The notes under the pieces are model-generated. The model was not told the DNA's origin. It did not search any database and saw only the letters and a program-made list of their open reading frames with translations. A DNA stretch of 60,699 nucleotides, filler included, from Candidatus Woesearchaeota archaeon (GTDB lineage: Archaea > Nanobdellota > Nanobdellia > Woesearchaeales > ARS49), in NCBI GenBank assembly GCA_016188265.1. It is 4 parts of 4 records of this genome, joined end to end, with 100 filler letters (N's around TTAATTAATTAA, not from the genome) between each part and the next. Parts side by side here need not be neighbours in the genome. Positions count along the whole stretch, not along the records: positions 1 to 13,331 come from JACPID010000025.1; 3 more parts are not named here. The stretch is one strand, 5' to 3'. A program made the position numbers and the translations under genes. This document shows, one piece after another, positions 1 to 8,475 of this stretch (positions are counted from its first letter, which is position 1; the number at the start of each line of letters is the position of its first letter).

Positions 1-99
1 TAGTGGTTTAGTACTGGAATCTTGGTGTGATCAAGAACTACTTAATCATTTAGTAGCTGTGTGTAAACACGCTACCTACTTTAGTAAGTAGTTCTTGAC
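1..99. repeat. Modular palindromic repeat (right part of module A + module B, TCAAGAACTACTTA...TAAGTAGTTCTTGAC)
   Basis: 1-80 identical to 24457-24536; module B recurs at 20638-20707. Confidence 0.9.
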
Positions 100-138
100 A
101 AAGACAAACTATTTCTATAACTTATTTTTGTCTTTTTC
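100..138. repeat. AT-rich hairpin repeat AAAGACAAA...TTTGTCTTT (GACA-N~21-TGTC family)
   Basis: Similar copies at ~46348-46388 and 48771-48811. Confidence 0.75.
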
Positions 139-614
139 TAACATGGCTTATAAAACAAGTTGTAAGATTCTTCAACTAATTCCCTGTGTTTTTGAAGAAC
201 ATTTTTAGCTCTATTATAAACACCATTAAAATCATTATACGCATTTCTTGCTTTATGAATTTCTTGTGCAGACTCTTGCTTGCATAATTCTTCTAAATCT
301 TTTTCTAAACAAAAATTTGTATTATCATAACTATCTTCAAAACAATCTAACTTAAACAAGTATTGTTGGTGAGCTTGATAAGGTGTTTTTCCTCTTAAAA
401 TAATACTTTTAATAGTAGCTTTAAACCTGCTAATTAATTGCAAAAAATAATCGAATTTTGTTTGTGAACTGTATATTTGTTTTATCTGTGATAAACAGCT
501 GGATTGATATGCATTAACTGGAATTAATTCTTGAATTTTACTTTTTAAGATTTGCTTTTGTAATTCTGTTTCTTCCAAAAACGAGTCCAATGTTAGTTGT
601 TCTTGTTGCATCAC
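138..614 (-). CDS. hypothetical protein
   Basis: 158-aa ORF, GTG start preceded by AAGGAGG. Confidence 0.7.
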   Translation of the reverse strand: MMQQEQLTLDSFLEETELQKQILKSKIQELIPVNAYQSSCLSQIKQIYSSQTKFDYFLQLISRFKATIKSIILRGKTPYQAHQQYLFKLDCFEDSYDNTNFCLEKDLEELCKQESAQEIHKARNAYNDFNGVYNRAKNVLQKHRELVEESYNLFYKPC

Positions 615-766
615 AAACCTCCTTATTGATTATAATAAATACCACCCATATATAAATTTTACTAAAAAATCATCACTTAATAGTAGTTATGAATTAATTT
701 TTAAGTAATATTTAAATACTCCAACCATTTACTTTATTTAATTATTTGTGAGAGTTTTGGAGAACT

Positions 767-892
767 ATGGAAATAAAAATGTTAAAGTTAGTAAAAGACC
801 CTTGTTTTGGGCAGAAATATGAACAAGAAGAACAGTGCACAAAGTGCTGGATAAAACATTCTTGTTTTATGACATTTAGAAACAGAAAGTAA
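767..892 (+). CDS. small 4-Cys protein (41 aa, MEIKMLKLVKDPCFGQKYEQEEQCTKCWIKHSCFMTFRNRK)
   Basis: Manual translation; GGAG upstream; four Cys suggest metal binding. Confidence 0.5.
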   Translation: MEIKMLKLVKDPCFGQKYEQEEQCTKCWIKHSCFMTFRNRK

Positions 893-916
893 AAGAAATG
901 GTAATTTGGAGGAAAA

Positions 917-1222
917 ATGGAAGAATATAACAATTATTTTAAAACATGTGGTCAGTGTAGAACTAATACTTGCTAGCACGTGAGACCTCATCAACCATCT
1001 TTAGAAGAATCTGTATTTAATGATGCTTCTTTTTTAAAAGATGAGCTAGACAGGAATATGATTGACTGTAATCATAATCAAAAAAAAGCACTGTATCGCA
1101 TTTTGAAATATGCTAAAGATCAATGTAAGATTAATTCAAAAACACCATTGGTTTCTGCTGAGTATGACTTTAGAGCAAAAGGATTTCAGAATAATACAAT
1201 TGAGAAGAAGCCACTATACTGA
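917..1222 (+). pseudogene. hypothetical Zn-finger protein interrupted by in-frame TAG (974-976)
   Basis: GGAGG + ATG at 917; reads MEEYNNYFKTCGQCRTNTC*HVRPH... in frame with ORF 980-1222. Confidence 0.55.
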
Positions 1223-1419
1223 CTATTGTGTGTGTTGAACATTAAATTTTTCAGAAGTTTTGAGACCACTTTATTCACCCGAATAATGTCTATTTTTTCC
1301 AAAACAGAATCTGGACTATAACAAAGCATTCTGGTGGATGCAGTCGCCAATTGCAAAAGTGTGTTGGTTTCTACAAAATTTCATTAAGTTTAAATAAATG
1401 AACAAATAATAGTATAAAC

Positions 1420-1563
1420 ATGACAATTAGCAAAAAGGATTTGGAAAAATTACGCAAAGGATACAGGGAAGAACTTGCTGCTTTGGAAGCAAAATGTAAA
1501 ACAGGTAGCGCTACTAAAGATGAATACAAGCAATTAAAGAAATTGCGTGATAAGATGAAATAA
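1420..1563 (+). CDS. small charged helical hypothetical protein (47 aa)
   Basis: Manual translation MTISKKDLEKLRKGYREELAALEAKCKTGSATKDEYKQLKKLRDKMK; TTTAAATA upstream. Confidence 0.55.
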   Translation: MTISKKDLEKLRKGYREELAALEAKCKTGSATKDEYKQLKKLRDKMK

Positions 1564-1573
1564 TCGCCCTTAG

Positions 1574-1606
1574 TTAGTCTGTGGTTTATAGTTGGTAGTT
1601 TGTGGT
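1574..1606. repeat. degenerate heptamer tandem repeat (GTTTGTG-like)
   Basis: Reverse complement matches 43535-43567 at 31/33 nt. Confidence 0.75.
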
Positions 1607-1689
1607 AGAGATGATGTTTCAAATAATAGCCTGTTAAAATAATTAATTTAATATAAATCTTGCTTCCAAAAAACAAACAGATAAGGATT

Positions 1690-2718
1690 TTATTTTATAT
1701 CAAACACAACCACGCCAGTATAAACTCCTGGTTTTGCTGTTGGGACAGTTATGCTGATCTGAACATTTTTTTCTTCTCCAGGAAATAAAGTTATTTTATC
1801 AGGATTAATTTTCGGATAAATTTCTTCTTCACCTTTCAATAAAGGAATTTTAAGTTGCAAATCAATCTGAGTATTTCCTGTATTTTTCATGCCAACAATT
1901 GCTTTTTCTTTTGTTGATTTAAAAGCAAGTGAAGAAGTAAGTATACTGAAATCTTTTATTGGCAGGATTTCAATAATACTTTCTTTTTTATCAACTAATA
2001 AAGTATAATTTCCAGGCAATAAATAATAAGGAATTTGAAGTTTTCCAATATAACTTCCATTAACTTGCTGAACTTTTATATTTTCTCCATTAAAAAAAAT
2101 ATCTGAAAAATCATCAACAACAAAACTAATTTCTCTTATTTCTCCAGCAAAAGGCTTTATTTGTATTCCTGGATTAGTACTATCATCAGAAATATTAATG
2201 TTTAATTCATAACCTATGTTAACTTGAATAAAAACTTGGTTTAAGAAAAAGGCAGGATCTGTAATTATAAAGTTATTTTGTGTTCTTAAAAATGCTTTGC
2301 CAGCTTTAGGATTTGTAAGAGCAGATGATTCTCCCCAGCTTAATTCATCAACAATATTGCCTTTATTATCCTTTAATATAATTACTGAATCTTGGTTTTT
2401 TAGTGTGATAGTATCATAAAAATCTGCATTTTTCCATTCATTATTATCTTTACTTTCATTCCAGCCATTATCTGCAATTAAAAAATATTTTTTAGGCAAA
2501 ATCAAAGTTTCTTTAGGAAATAAAACATCTACTTGTGATTTTGCTGTTTCAATAGTCCAACCGCTGATATCAACATTTTGATTTAAAGGATTATAAAGCT
2601 CTATTGCTTCACCACCGCTATCAGTATTAATAGGATCTACAAGTACTTGATTGATTATAACTGCTGAACTAAGCGGGATTAAAATAAGTAAAAGAAGCAT
2701 TACTAATATTTTTTTCAT
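1690..2718 (-). CDS. secreted lamin-tail-domain protein
   Basis: Signal peptide; VIINQVLVDP..GGEAIELYNP..VDISGWTI lamin-tail motif. Confidence 0.8.
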   Translation of the reverse strand: MKKILVMLLLLILIPLSSAVIINQVLVDPINTDSGGEAIELYNPLNQNVDISGWTIETAKSQVDVLFPKETLILPKKYFLIADNGWNESKDNNEWKNADFYDTITLKNQDSVIILKDNKGNIVDELSWGESSALTNPKAGKAFLRTQNNFIITDPAFFLNQVFIQVNIGYELNINISDDSTNPGIQIKPFAGEIREISFVVDDFSDIFFNGENIKVQQVNGSYIGKLQIPYYLLPGNYTLLVDKKESIIEILPIKDFSILTSSLAFKSTKEKAIVGMKNTGNTQIDLQLKIPLLKGEEEIYPKINPDKITLFPGEEKNVQISITVPTAKPGVYTGVVVFDIK

Positions 2719-2895
2719 GAAAATAGTTAATACTGGCTTTTTAATTATGTTTAGGTGTTTTCTCTGAAATTATTTCTGTAATAAAGAAATTTTTTTAATA
2801 GAAATAAAACAATTCTTAAAAATAAGAATAATAATGAAAATTTTTCAATAAAACTGAACAAGTATTCTTAAAGAAGTTAAGACTATCAAAATTTA

Positions 2896-3312
2896 ATGAT
2901 GCAAAAATTCTACTTAGATACTTCTATTTGGCTGGATTTTTTTGAGGATAGAGATGAACCAAATTTTCCTAAAAGTGACTGGGCGCATAAACTATTAAAC
3001 AAAATCACAGAAAATAATGACAAAATAATTTATTCAGACATTGTGATATTGGAGCTTGGTGTAGTTGGTTATCAACCACATGAAATAGAAAAATTATTCG
3101 AGAAAATTAAGCCAATCCTTATATTTGTTGAATCTACAGAACAGCAAGCAAGAAAAGCAAAGGATTTAGAATCAAAAAGAAATATCCCAAAAGGTGATGC
3201 ACTCCATGCACTTATTGCGAGAGATAATAAAGCGACATTAGTAACACTAGACAATCATTTTAAGAAACTGCTAGACATTACTAAACCAAAAAGATCACAA
3301 GAAATTATTTGA
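2896..3312 (+). CDS. PIN-domain (VapC-like) ribonuclease
   Basis: YLDTSIW, E, DALHA, LVTLDNHF PIN acidic motifs. Confidence 0.88.
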   Translation: MMQKFYLDTSIWLDFFEDRDEPNFPKSDWAHKLLNKITENNDKIIYSDIVILELGVVGYQPHEIEKLFEKIKPILIFVESTEQQARKAKDLESKRNIPKGDALHALIARDNKATLVTLDNHFKKLLDITKPKRSQEII

Positions 3313-3565
3313 TATTGAACTTCCTTTCAAGCATTTCAAAAGCTTTGTCGCGTGCAATATGTAATTGAGTGTCACTTGTTTTTCTTTTTGAAGAACCTTT
3401 CAGTTGAGCTAAATTTTTCAATACTTCTTCTTTTTCTAATTCAGAAAGCTTTTCCCTGATTGCATCTCTAATAAATTCCGTTCTAGTGCTGTATCTGTGT
3501 TCTTCTAACTTCTGGTCTAATTCGTCTAACAACCTATCTTCCATCTTAATAGTTATTGCCTGCAT
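3305..3565 (-). CDS. ribbon-helix-helix (CopG/NikR-like) regulator, putative antitoxin
   Basis: MQAITIKMEDRLLDELD..YSTRTEFIRDAIREKL; ATG at 3565 with TTTTATATA ~27 bp upstream. Confidence 0.85.
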   Translation of the reverse strand: MQAITIKMEDRLLDELDQKLEEHRYSTRTEFIRDAIREKLSELEKEEVLKNLAQLKGSSKRKTSDTQLHIARDKAFEMLERKFNIK

Positions 3566-3610
3566 GGTAATACTTAGTATGTACAAAGTAATATATAAAA
3601 CTTTGTATTC

Positions 3611-3788
3611 AAACACTAAGATTCCACTAGTGTTTCACTAGTGGTTTAGTAGTGGAATCTTGGTGTGCTCAAGCACTAGAAAATCGAAGATTTTCTGTGC
3701 ACAGAAAATGCGTTGCATTTTCTTGTGAACCACCGGATGCTGAAACCGAAGTTTCATGCCACTGGTCTATTGACCAGTGGTTCTTGAC
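3611..3788. repeat. Modular palindromic repeat (module A + module D, ends GTTCTTGAC)
   Basis: Stacked hairpins; A recurs at 24429 and 43125, D at 43343-43436. Confidence 0.9.
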
Positions 3789-3833
3789 AAAACACTAAAA
3801 AAGAAAAAGAAAGAGAAAAAAATTTCTCTTAGT

Positions 3834-5213
3834 TTATTTGCGCTTCAAGAGCACTGCTAAAAGTGCTAAGATCAACACAAACACAACACCTACTGCAACT
3901 CCTAAGAGTACAAGGTATGTGCTTGATTCTGTGAAATTTGTCGCAGATCTTACACGTACTGCTGCACCTTGTGGCTGTGTTGTTACAGCTGGAGGTACTT
4001 GAACAACTTTTGTTTCTTCTGCTGATTTTACAGGCTCTGGAAGTTTAACTTCTTTCTTGCATTCTTCAACAGTCAAGGTAAATGACTTAACATTATTTTC
4101 CTTGCTTGTATCGTAAAGAGTGAAAAAGTCAACTTCATGCTGTCCTGGTTTTGCATCAGTTGGAACATTGAAGCTTAACTGTACAAGTTCATTATCGTCT
4201 TCATCAAGTCTGAATCCTGTTTTCTTTTCAAAAACACCGAGTGTTTGTGCACGAACTTCAAATGCTGCATTTCGCTCATCTGATTTTCCTCTGTTGAGCA
4301 CATCTGCTCTTACTTGAACTGTTCGTGATCCTTCACAAGTCAATTTTTCAGGACTTACTGAAAGGCTTCTTATAGCTAGATCGTTTGAGTCACGTTCAAC
4401 TTCTAATGTTGCTGAAAGTTTAGCTCCATGTCGTGCTCCATTTTCATCAAGAGCTGTTACAACAAACAATAAAACATGTGATCTGTCTGCTGCATCTTCT
4501 TCAACATCTAATGAAAAAGTCATTGTATCTTTTTCATCAGCATCTAGAGAAAATGAATCACTATCATCATCAACATCAAAGTCTTCGTCTGCTGACAAGT
4601 CCATTGTTACTTCAACATCATCAAAATCAACTTCTTTATCTCCACTGCCTGGAAATTGATTTTCAATTTCTAATTCCAATTCAACATGGTCTCCTGGCTT
4701 GATTTGGTCAAGTCTTGAACCATCTCTAAATGAATCAGAGGATGTTGTAGCTCCTGAGACTGTTGCTGTTCCTTTTCTAATTCTTAATTTGTTTTCTGCT
4801 TGAACTTTTAATGATCCTTGGCCAGTAACGTTGCCAGTAGAATCTTTTGCAGTTAATTTACCAACTTCAAAAGCTTGAACAACTCCATTTGAATCTGCTG
4901 CATTATGATCAAGTGGAACAAATACTGTTACTGATACAGTAGCAGTTGCTAATGGAGCAAGTGTTGCTGGAACACCTGTAAATGCTACTTTATATTTAGC
5001 ATCTGCAGTGCTTGTTAATGCAGTTGCTGGAACTAAAGTTAATGTTGTTGCATTATCTGTATTTGTAAGTGTTACTGTTCCGCTAACATTTTCTCCACGT
5101 CCTTGTGTTGAAGAACCTAGAGTTAAATCACTAACAGTTAAAGCTGCGTTTCCGCTTACTGCTAGAAGTAGGAACAAACTCACAATGAGTCCGAGTGTAA
5201 ATAATTTTTTCAT
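3834..5213 (-). CDS. cell-surface protein with Ig/CARDB-like beta domains (putative S-layer-associated)
   Basis: Signal peptide, beta-rich body, C-terminal TM followed by KRK. Confidence 0.7.
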   Translation of the reverse strand: MKKLFTLGLIVSLFLLLAVSGNAALTVSDLTLGSSTQGRGENVSGTVTLTNTDNATTLTLVPATALTSTADAKYKVAFTGVPATLAPLATATVSVTVFVPLDHNAADSNGVVQAFEVGKLTAKDSTGNVTGQGSLKVQAENKLRIRKGTATVSGATTSSDSFRDGSRLDQIKPGDHVELELEIENQFPGSGDKEVDFDDVEVTMDLSADEDFDVDDDSDSFSLDADEKDTMTFSLDVEEDAADRSHVLLFVVTALDENGARHGAKLSATLEVERDSNDLAIRSLSVSPEKLTCEGSRTVQVRADVLNRGKSDERNAAFEVRAQTLGVFEKKTGFRLDEDDNELVQLSFNVPTDAKPGQHEVDFFTLYDTSKENNVKSFTLTVEECKKEVKLPEPVKSAEETKVVQVPPAVTTQPQGAAVRVRSATNFTESSTYLVLLGVAVGVVFVLILALLAVLLKRK

Positions 5214-5367
5214 TGTTTAACCCCTCCAAAAAACGTTTTTGTTATGAGCATAAAGTAGTAACCATTATTTAAAGTTTACTTATACCTTTAAAAATAGAGA
5301 TTATACTATCACTATTGAAAAAGTAGTGTGATAAAATAATAATAAAGATTTATAAATGTAAAATTCT

Positions 5368-7179
5368 ATGTATTATGGTATGGTTGAGTTTCAGACAATG
5401 TATTATCATCCAATGGATAGGCAGGTTCATACTGCTGGTGATGAATTAAATAGCGGCAAACAGCTTGAAGACCCTATTATTCCTATAGGAGAACTAGGAA
5501 TTACTGTCTCAGAAAAAGCTTCTGAAAGAAAAGGAGGGCTTATTCAAGGGGTGCAAGCTGCATTTAGAGCAGGGGTTGGCAAAATTCAGTTAATGATGGA
5601 TTTAGCAGAATCAGGAAGCGCTATTGGAGGGCCTAAAGGTTATGGTAAAGAAGTGCGTGAAAAATTAAGAGAAGTTATTCTGGCAAATGAAGGAGTTGTT
5701 ACTGGTGTTGAGCTTCCTACAAGTTTAACTAATTTAAATGGAGGAGTTAATTTGCATGATCCTGAAAACGGGGGTTTTAGTGAATCATTAAGGCAAAAAG
5801 AGCTTCATGAAGTTAAAGAGCATATTAAATTTGTAGGGGATGTTCTTAATGGCGGAGAAGTTGATATTGTTTCTTGGGAATATCCTAGAACTGTTTTTGA
5901 TGCTCCGTGGAATGATGAAGGAAAGTGGAAAGGTGCTTTTAATGTTCAAGCAGAAAAAAAAGATTTTACACCAATCCAGTTTGTAGATTCCCGTACAGGA
6001 AGAATACAACAATTCAGCAGAAAAGGAATTCCTGCGCCAATAAAAGCTGAAGAGCCTGAAAAAGGTATTTTGTGGGATTTTGAAAAGTTTCAAGATTATG
6101 CAAAAAATAAAGGCACTAATGTATATGATGAAATTAAAAATTCAATACTGCAAAGACAGATTCATTTTAGTGAAGAAAAAGAAAATGAAGCTCGCTTTGA
6201 AATACTTCAACTTGAAAATCGGAAAAAAGAAATTGAAGTTGATTTAAGGCTTAAAGAAGAAGATAAAAAAAAGTATTTTGAGCAAATTGATAGGTTAAAA
6301 AAATCAAAAGAAATCGTGATTAAGGAGCAAGAAAGAATTAAAGCGCAACATGAAGAACAAATAAGCGCACTTGAACCTATGAAGGAGTTTGCAAAAGAAA
6401 AAACTGTTCAATCTTATGCTGAAGCTGGCATTTACGCTATGATGGAATCAGAAAAACCAAATATTAAAAAGCCCATTGTTGTCGGGCCTGAACTTGGCTG
6501 GCCTCATTCTTATGGAGGGCATCCTCAGGAGTTTAAAGAAGTTATTCAAAAGTCTAGAAAAAAAATGGTTGAAATCTTGACTTCTGACAAGATTACAGAT
6601 TCTACAACAGGTAAAGTAATTGATAACCCTCATAAAATGTCTAAAGATGAAGCTGAAGAACAAGCAAAAATGCATATTAAAGGAACATTTGATACTTCTC
6701 ATGTTGGGATGTGGCTTCAAAATTTCAGGCCTGATCTTCCTGAAGAAAAACGTTTGAAAGAATTTAACAAATGGTATCTTGAGCAAGTGAAAGATCTTGC
6801 AAAAACAGATCTTGTTGGAACAATACAATTAGTTGACAGCAACGGTCCAGGCCATGGACACTTACCGCCTGGTGAAGGTATTTTTCCAGTGGTTGAAGCA
6901 GCTAAAGAATTTAAAAAACAAGGATTTACAGGACACTTTGTTTCTGAAGGCCATGAAGAAGAAAAGTTTGGTGAAGGAAGAATATTTTCAAGAACTTGGG
7001 AAAGATTTGGCGCTCCAATTTCAGCAGGAGGCTACCCGTCTCCTCCAACTTGGGGGGAAATTCATAATGCTTATTTTGGAAAAACCTACCCTCCACTGCA
7101 AATGTTTGGATCTTACAAACCTCCAACAGCAGAATACAGGCCCTGGGCTGGCGGAAAAGACCCTATACCTTTTGAATAA
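5368..7179 (+). CDS. xylose-isomerase/AP-endonuclease-2-like TIM-barrel protein with coiled-coil insert
   Basis: GPELGWP, GTFDTSH, QLVDSNGPGHGHLPPGEG, VSEG resemble the family metal-site motifs; start may be 5398. Confidence 0.65.
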   Translation: MYYGMVEFQTMYYHPMDRQVHTAGDELNSGKQLEDPIIPIGELGITVSEKASERKGGLIQGVQAAFRAGVGKIQLMMDLAESGSAIGGPKGYGKEVREKLREVILANEGVVTGVELPTSLTNLNGGVNLHDPENGGFSESLRQKELHEVKEHIKFVGDVLNGGEVDIVSWEYPRTVFDAPWNDEGKWKGAFNVQAEKKDFTPIQFVDSRTGRIQQFSRKGIPAPIKAEEPEKGILWDFEKFQDYAKNKGTNVYDEIKNSILQRQIHFSEEKENEARFEILQLENRKKEIEVDLRLKEEDKKKYFEQIDRLKKSKEIVIKEQERIKAQHEEQISALEPMKEFAKEKTVQSYAEAGIYAMMESEKPNIKKPIVVGPELGWPHSYGGHPQEFKEVIQKSRKKMVEILTSDKITDSTTGKVIDNPHKMSKDEAEEQAKMHIKGTFDTSHVGMWLQNFRPDLPEEKRLKEFNKWYLEQVKDLAKTDLVGTIQLVDSNGPGHGHLPPGEGIFPVVEAAKEFKKQGFTGHFVSEGHEEEKFGEGRIFSRTWERFGAPISAGGYPSPPTWGEIHNAYFGKTYPPLQMFGSYKPPTAEYRPWAGGKDPIPFE

Positions 7180-7208
7180 TAGAATGAGTTTTAATCATAG
7201 TTAAGAAG

Positions 7209-7502
7209 ATGAAACTAATAACAATAATATTCACGCTATCAATAGTTTTATTTATTCTTGGTTTTATTATTGCTGATAATTATCAGAATAAGGATGATAA
7301 AATTATTACGTTTTCTGAAAATGTTTGTGAAAAAGTTTTAGGTTGTCCTGAAGGAACTCAGTTTGTGGGAAGTGAGATTAGTGATGTTTATCATAAATGT
7401 TCTTGCAGTTCTGCTTTAAGAATTAAAAATGAAAACATTGTTTGCTTTATTGATGAAGAAAGTGCTATTGAGCAGGGTTATAGGTCTTCGAAAGTTTGTT
7501 AG
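7209..7502 (+). CDS. membrane-anchored protein with Ada-like metal-binding domain
   Basis: N-terminal TM; FVGS..SDVYHKCSC..IKNEN..F..EESAIEQGYR. Confidence 0.7.
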   Translation: MKLITIIFTLSIVLFILGFIIADNYQNKDDKIITFSENVCEKVLGCPEGTQFVGSEISDVYHKCSCSSALRIKNENIVCFIDEESAIEQGYRSSKVC

Positions 7503-7533
7503 ACTTCAACAAAAATTTCTGTAATTTTTATAT

Positions 7534-7630
7534 GTAAAAACTGCTCTTGAATAACACTGCAAATTTTAATCTGTAGATAAAGGAATAGTGGTTTTTGAGC
7601 ATGATCAAGCACAAGAAAATCAAAGATTCC
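7534..7630. repeat. Degenerate modular palindromic repeat (module C + truncated D-like)
   Basis: AAAAACTGCTCTTGA...GTTTTTGAGCATGATCAAG matches 20569-20643. Confidence 0.8.
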
Positions 7631-7667
7631 ACACATATTTATAAATCGTCAATTTTTTCCCATTCAA

Positions 7668-8285
7668 ATGTTTAATTACATTTACATAGATGAAAGCGGT
7701 GATTTAGGATTGAATGGATCGAAATATCTTATTTTATCTGCTTTAATGATTGAAGATAATGCCAAATTAGATCGAATTATAAAAAATATGAGACGCAATA
7801 AATTCAGAAAGCAATTAAAGAAAGCATATGAAATTAAAGCAAATAAATCTTCTGAAGAATTAATAAAGTACATGTTGACAAAATTAAATGAACTTAAAAG
7901 TGTGAGAATAATTTATATGGTTCTTGAAAAAAAGAAAATCACCAGTGAATTTTTAAAGAATAATAGAAACAAATTATATAATTATGTAGCTGGAAAACTT
8001 GCAAAACAAATTAAAATTAACAAAACATATATTGAAATTAAAATTGATAAATCAAAAGGTAAACAAATTTTAAGAGAAGACTTTGATAATTATTTCTTAA
8101 AAAATTTTGAAAAAATATCAAAAGATAGAAAAATCATTATACAGCACAGTTATTCACATTCCTGGTCAGGTTTACAATTTGCAGATATACTAGCTTGGTC
8201 TTGTTTTCAAAAGTTTGAACATAATAATATTTCATACATTAACTTAATTGACCAAGAAAAAGAAGAAGTTTATCATGTTTGGTAA
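7668..8285 (+). CDS. DUF3800 family protein (predicted RNase H-like fold)
   Basis: N-terminal YIYIDESGDLG and C-terminal GLQFADILAW motifs. Confidence 0.85.
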   Translation: MFNYIYIDESGDLGLNGSKYLILSALMIEDNAKLDRIIKNMRRNKFRKQLKKAYEIKANKSSEELIKYMLTKLNELKSVRIIYMVLEKKKITSEFLKNNRNKLYNYVAGKLAKQIKINKTYIEIKIDKSKGKQILREDFDNYFLKNFEKISKDRKIIIQHSYSHSWSGLQFADILAWSCFQKFEHNNISYINLIDQEKEEVYHVW

Positions 8286-8355
8286 AAAAATGCAGTACCT
8301 GTAAGCACTAAAGCGTGCACCTCAAGGTACACTGACTTTCAGGTTTTACCTGCAT
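8284..8355 (-). ncRNA. candidate ~65-nt structured RNA convergent with DUF3800 gene
   Basis: GC-richer island closed by UGCAG/CUGCA with internal stems; upstream BRE+TATA; downstream oligo-T. Confidence 0.6.
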
Positions 8356-8376
8356 AATATTTAATGTTATATGATA

Positions 8377-8393
8377 ATATATAAATTTTTCGG
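8377..8393 (-). promoter_or_regulatory. archaeal BRE + TATA box (CCGAAAAA-TTTATATAT) for the candidate RNA
   Basis: Consensus match about 25 bp upstream of the structured segment. Confidence 0.6.
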
Positions 8394-8475
8394 TTACATG
8401 GGTTACATTTTCAAATATGTTTTGACATAATTGCTTTGAAGTAATAAGTTTTATTCTCCTAATCATTAATTAACT

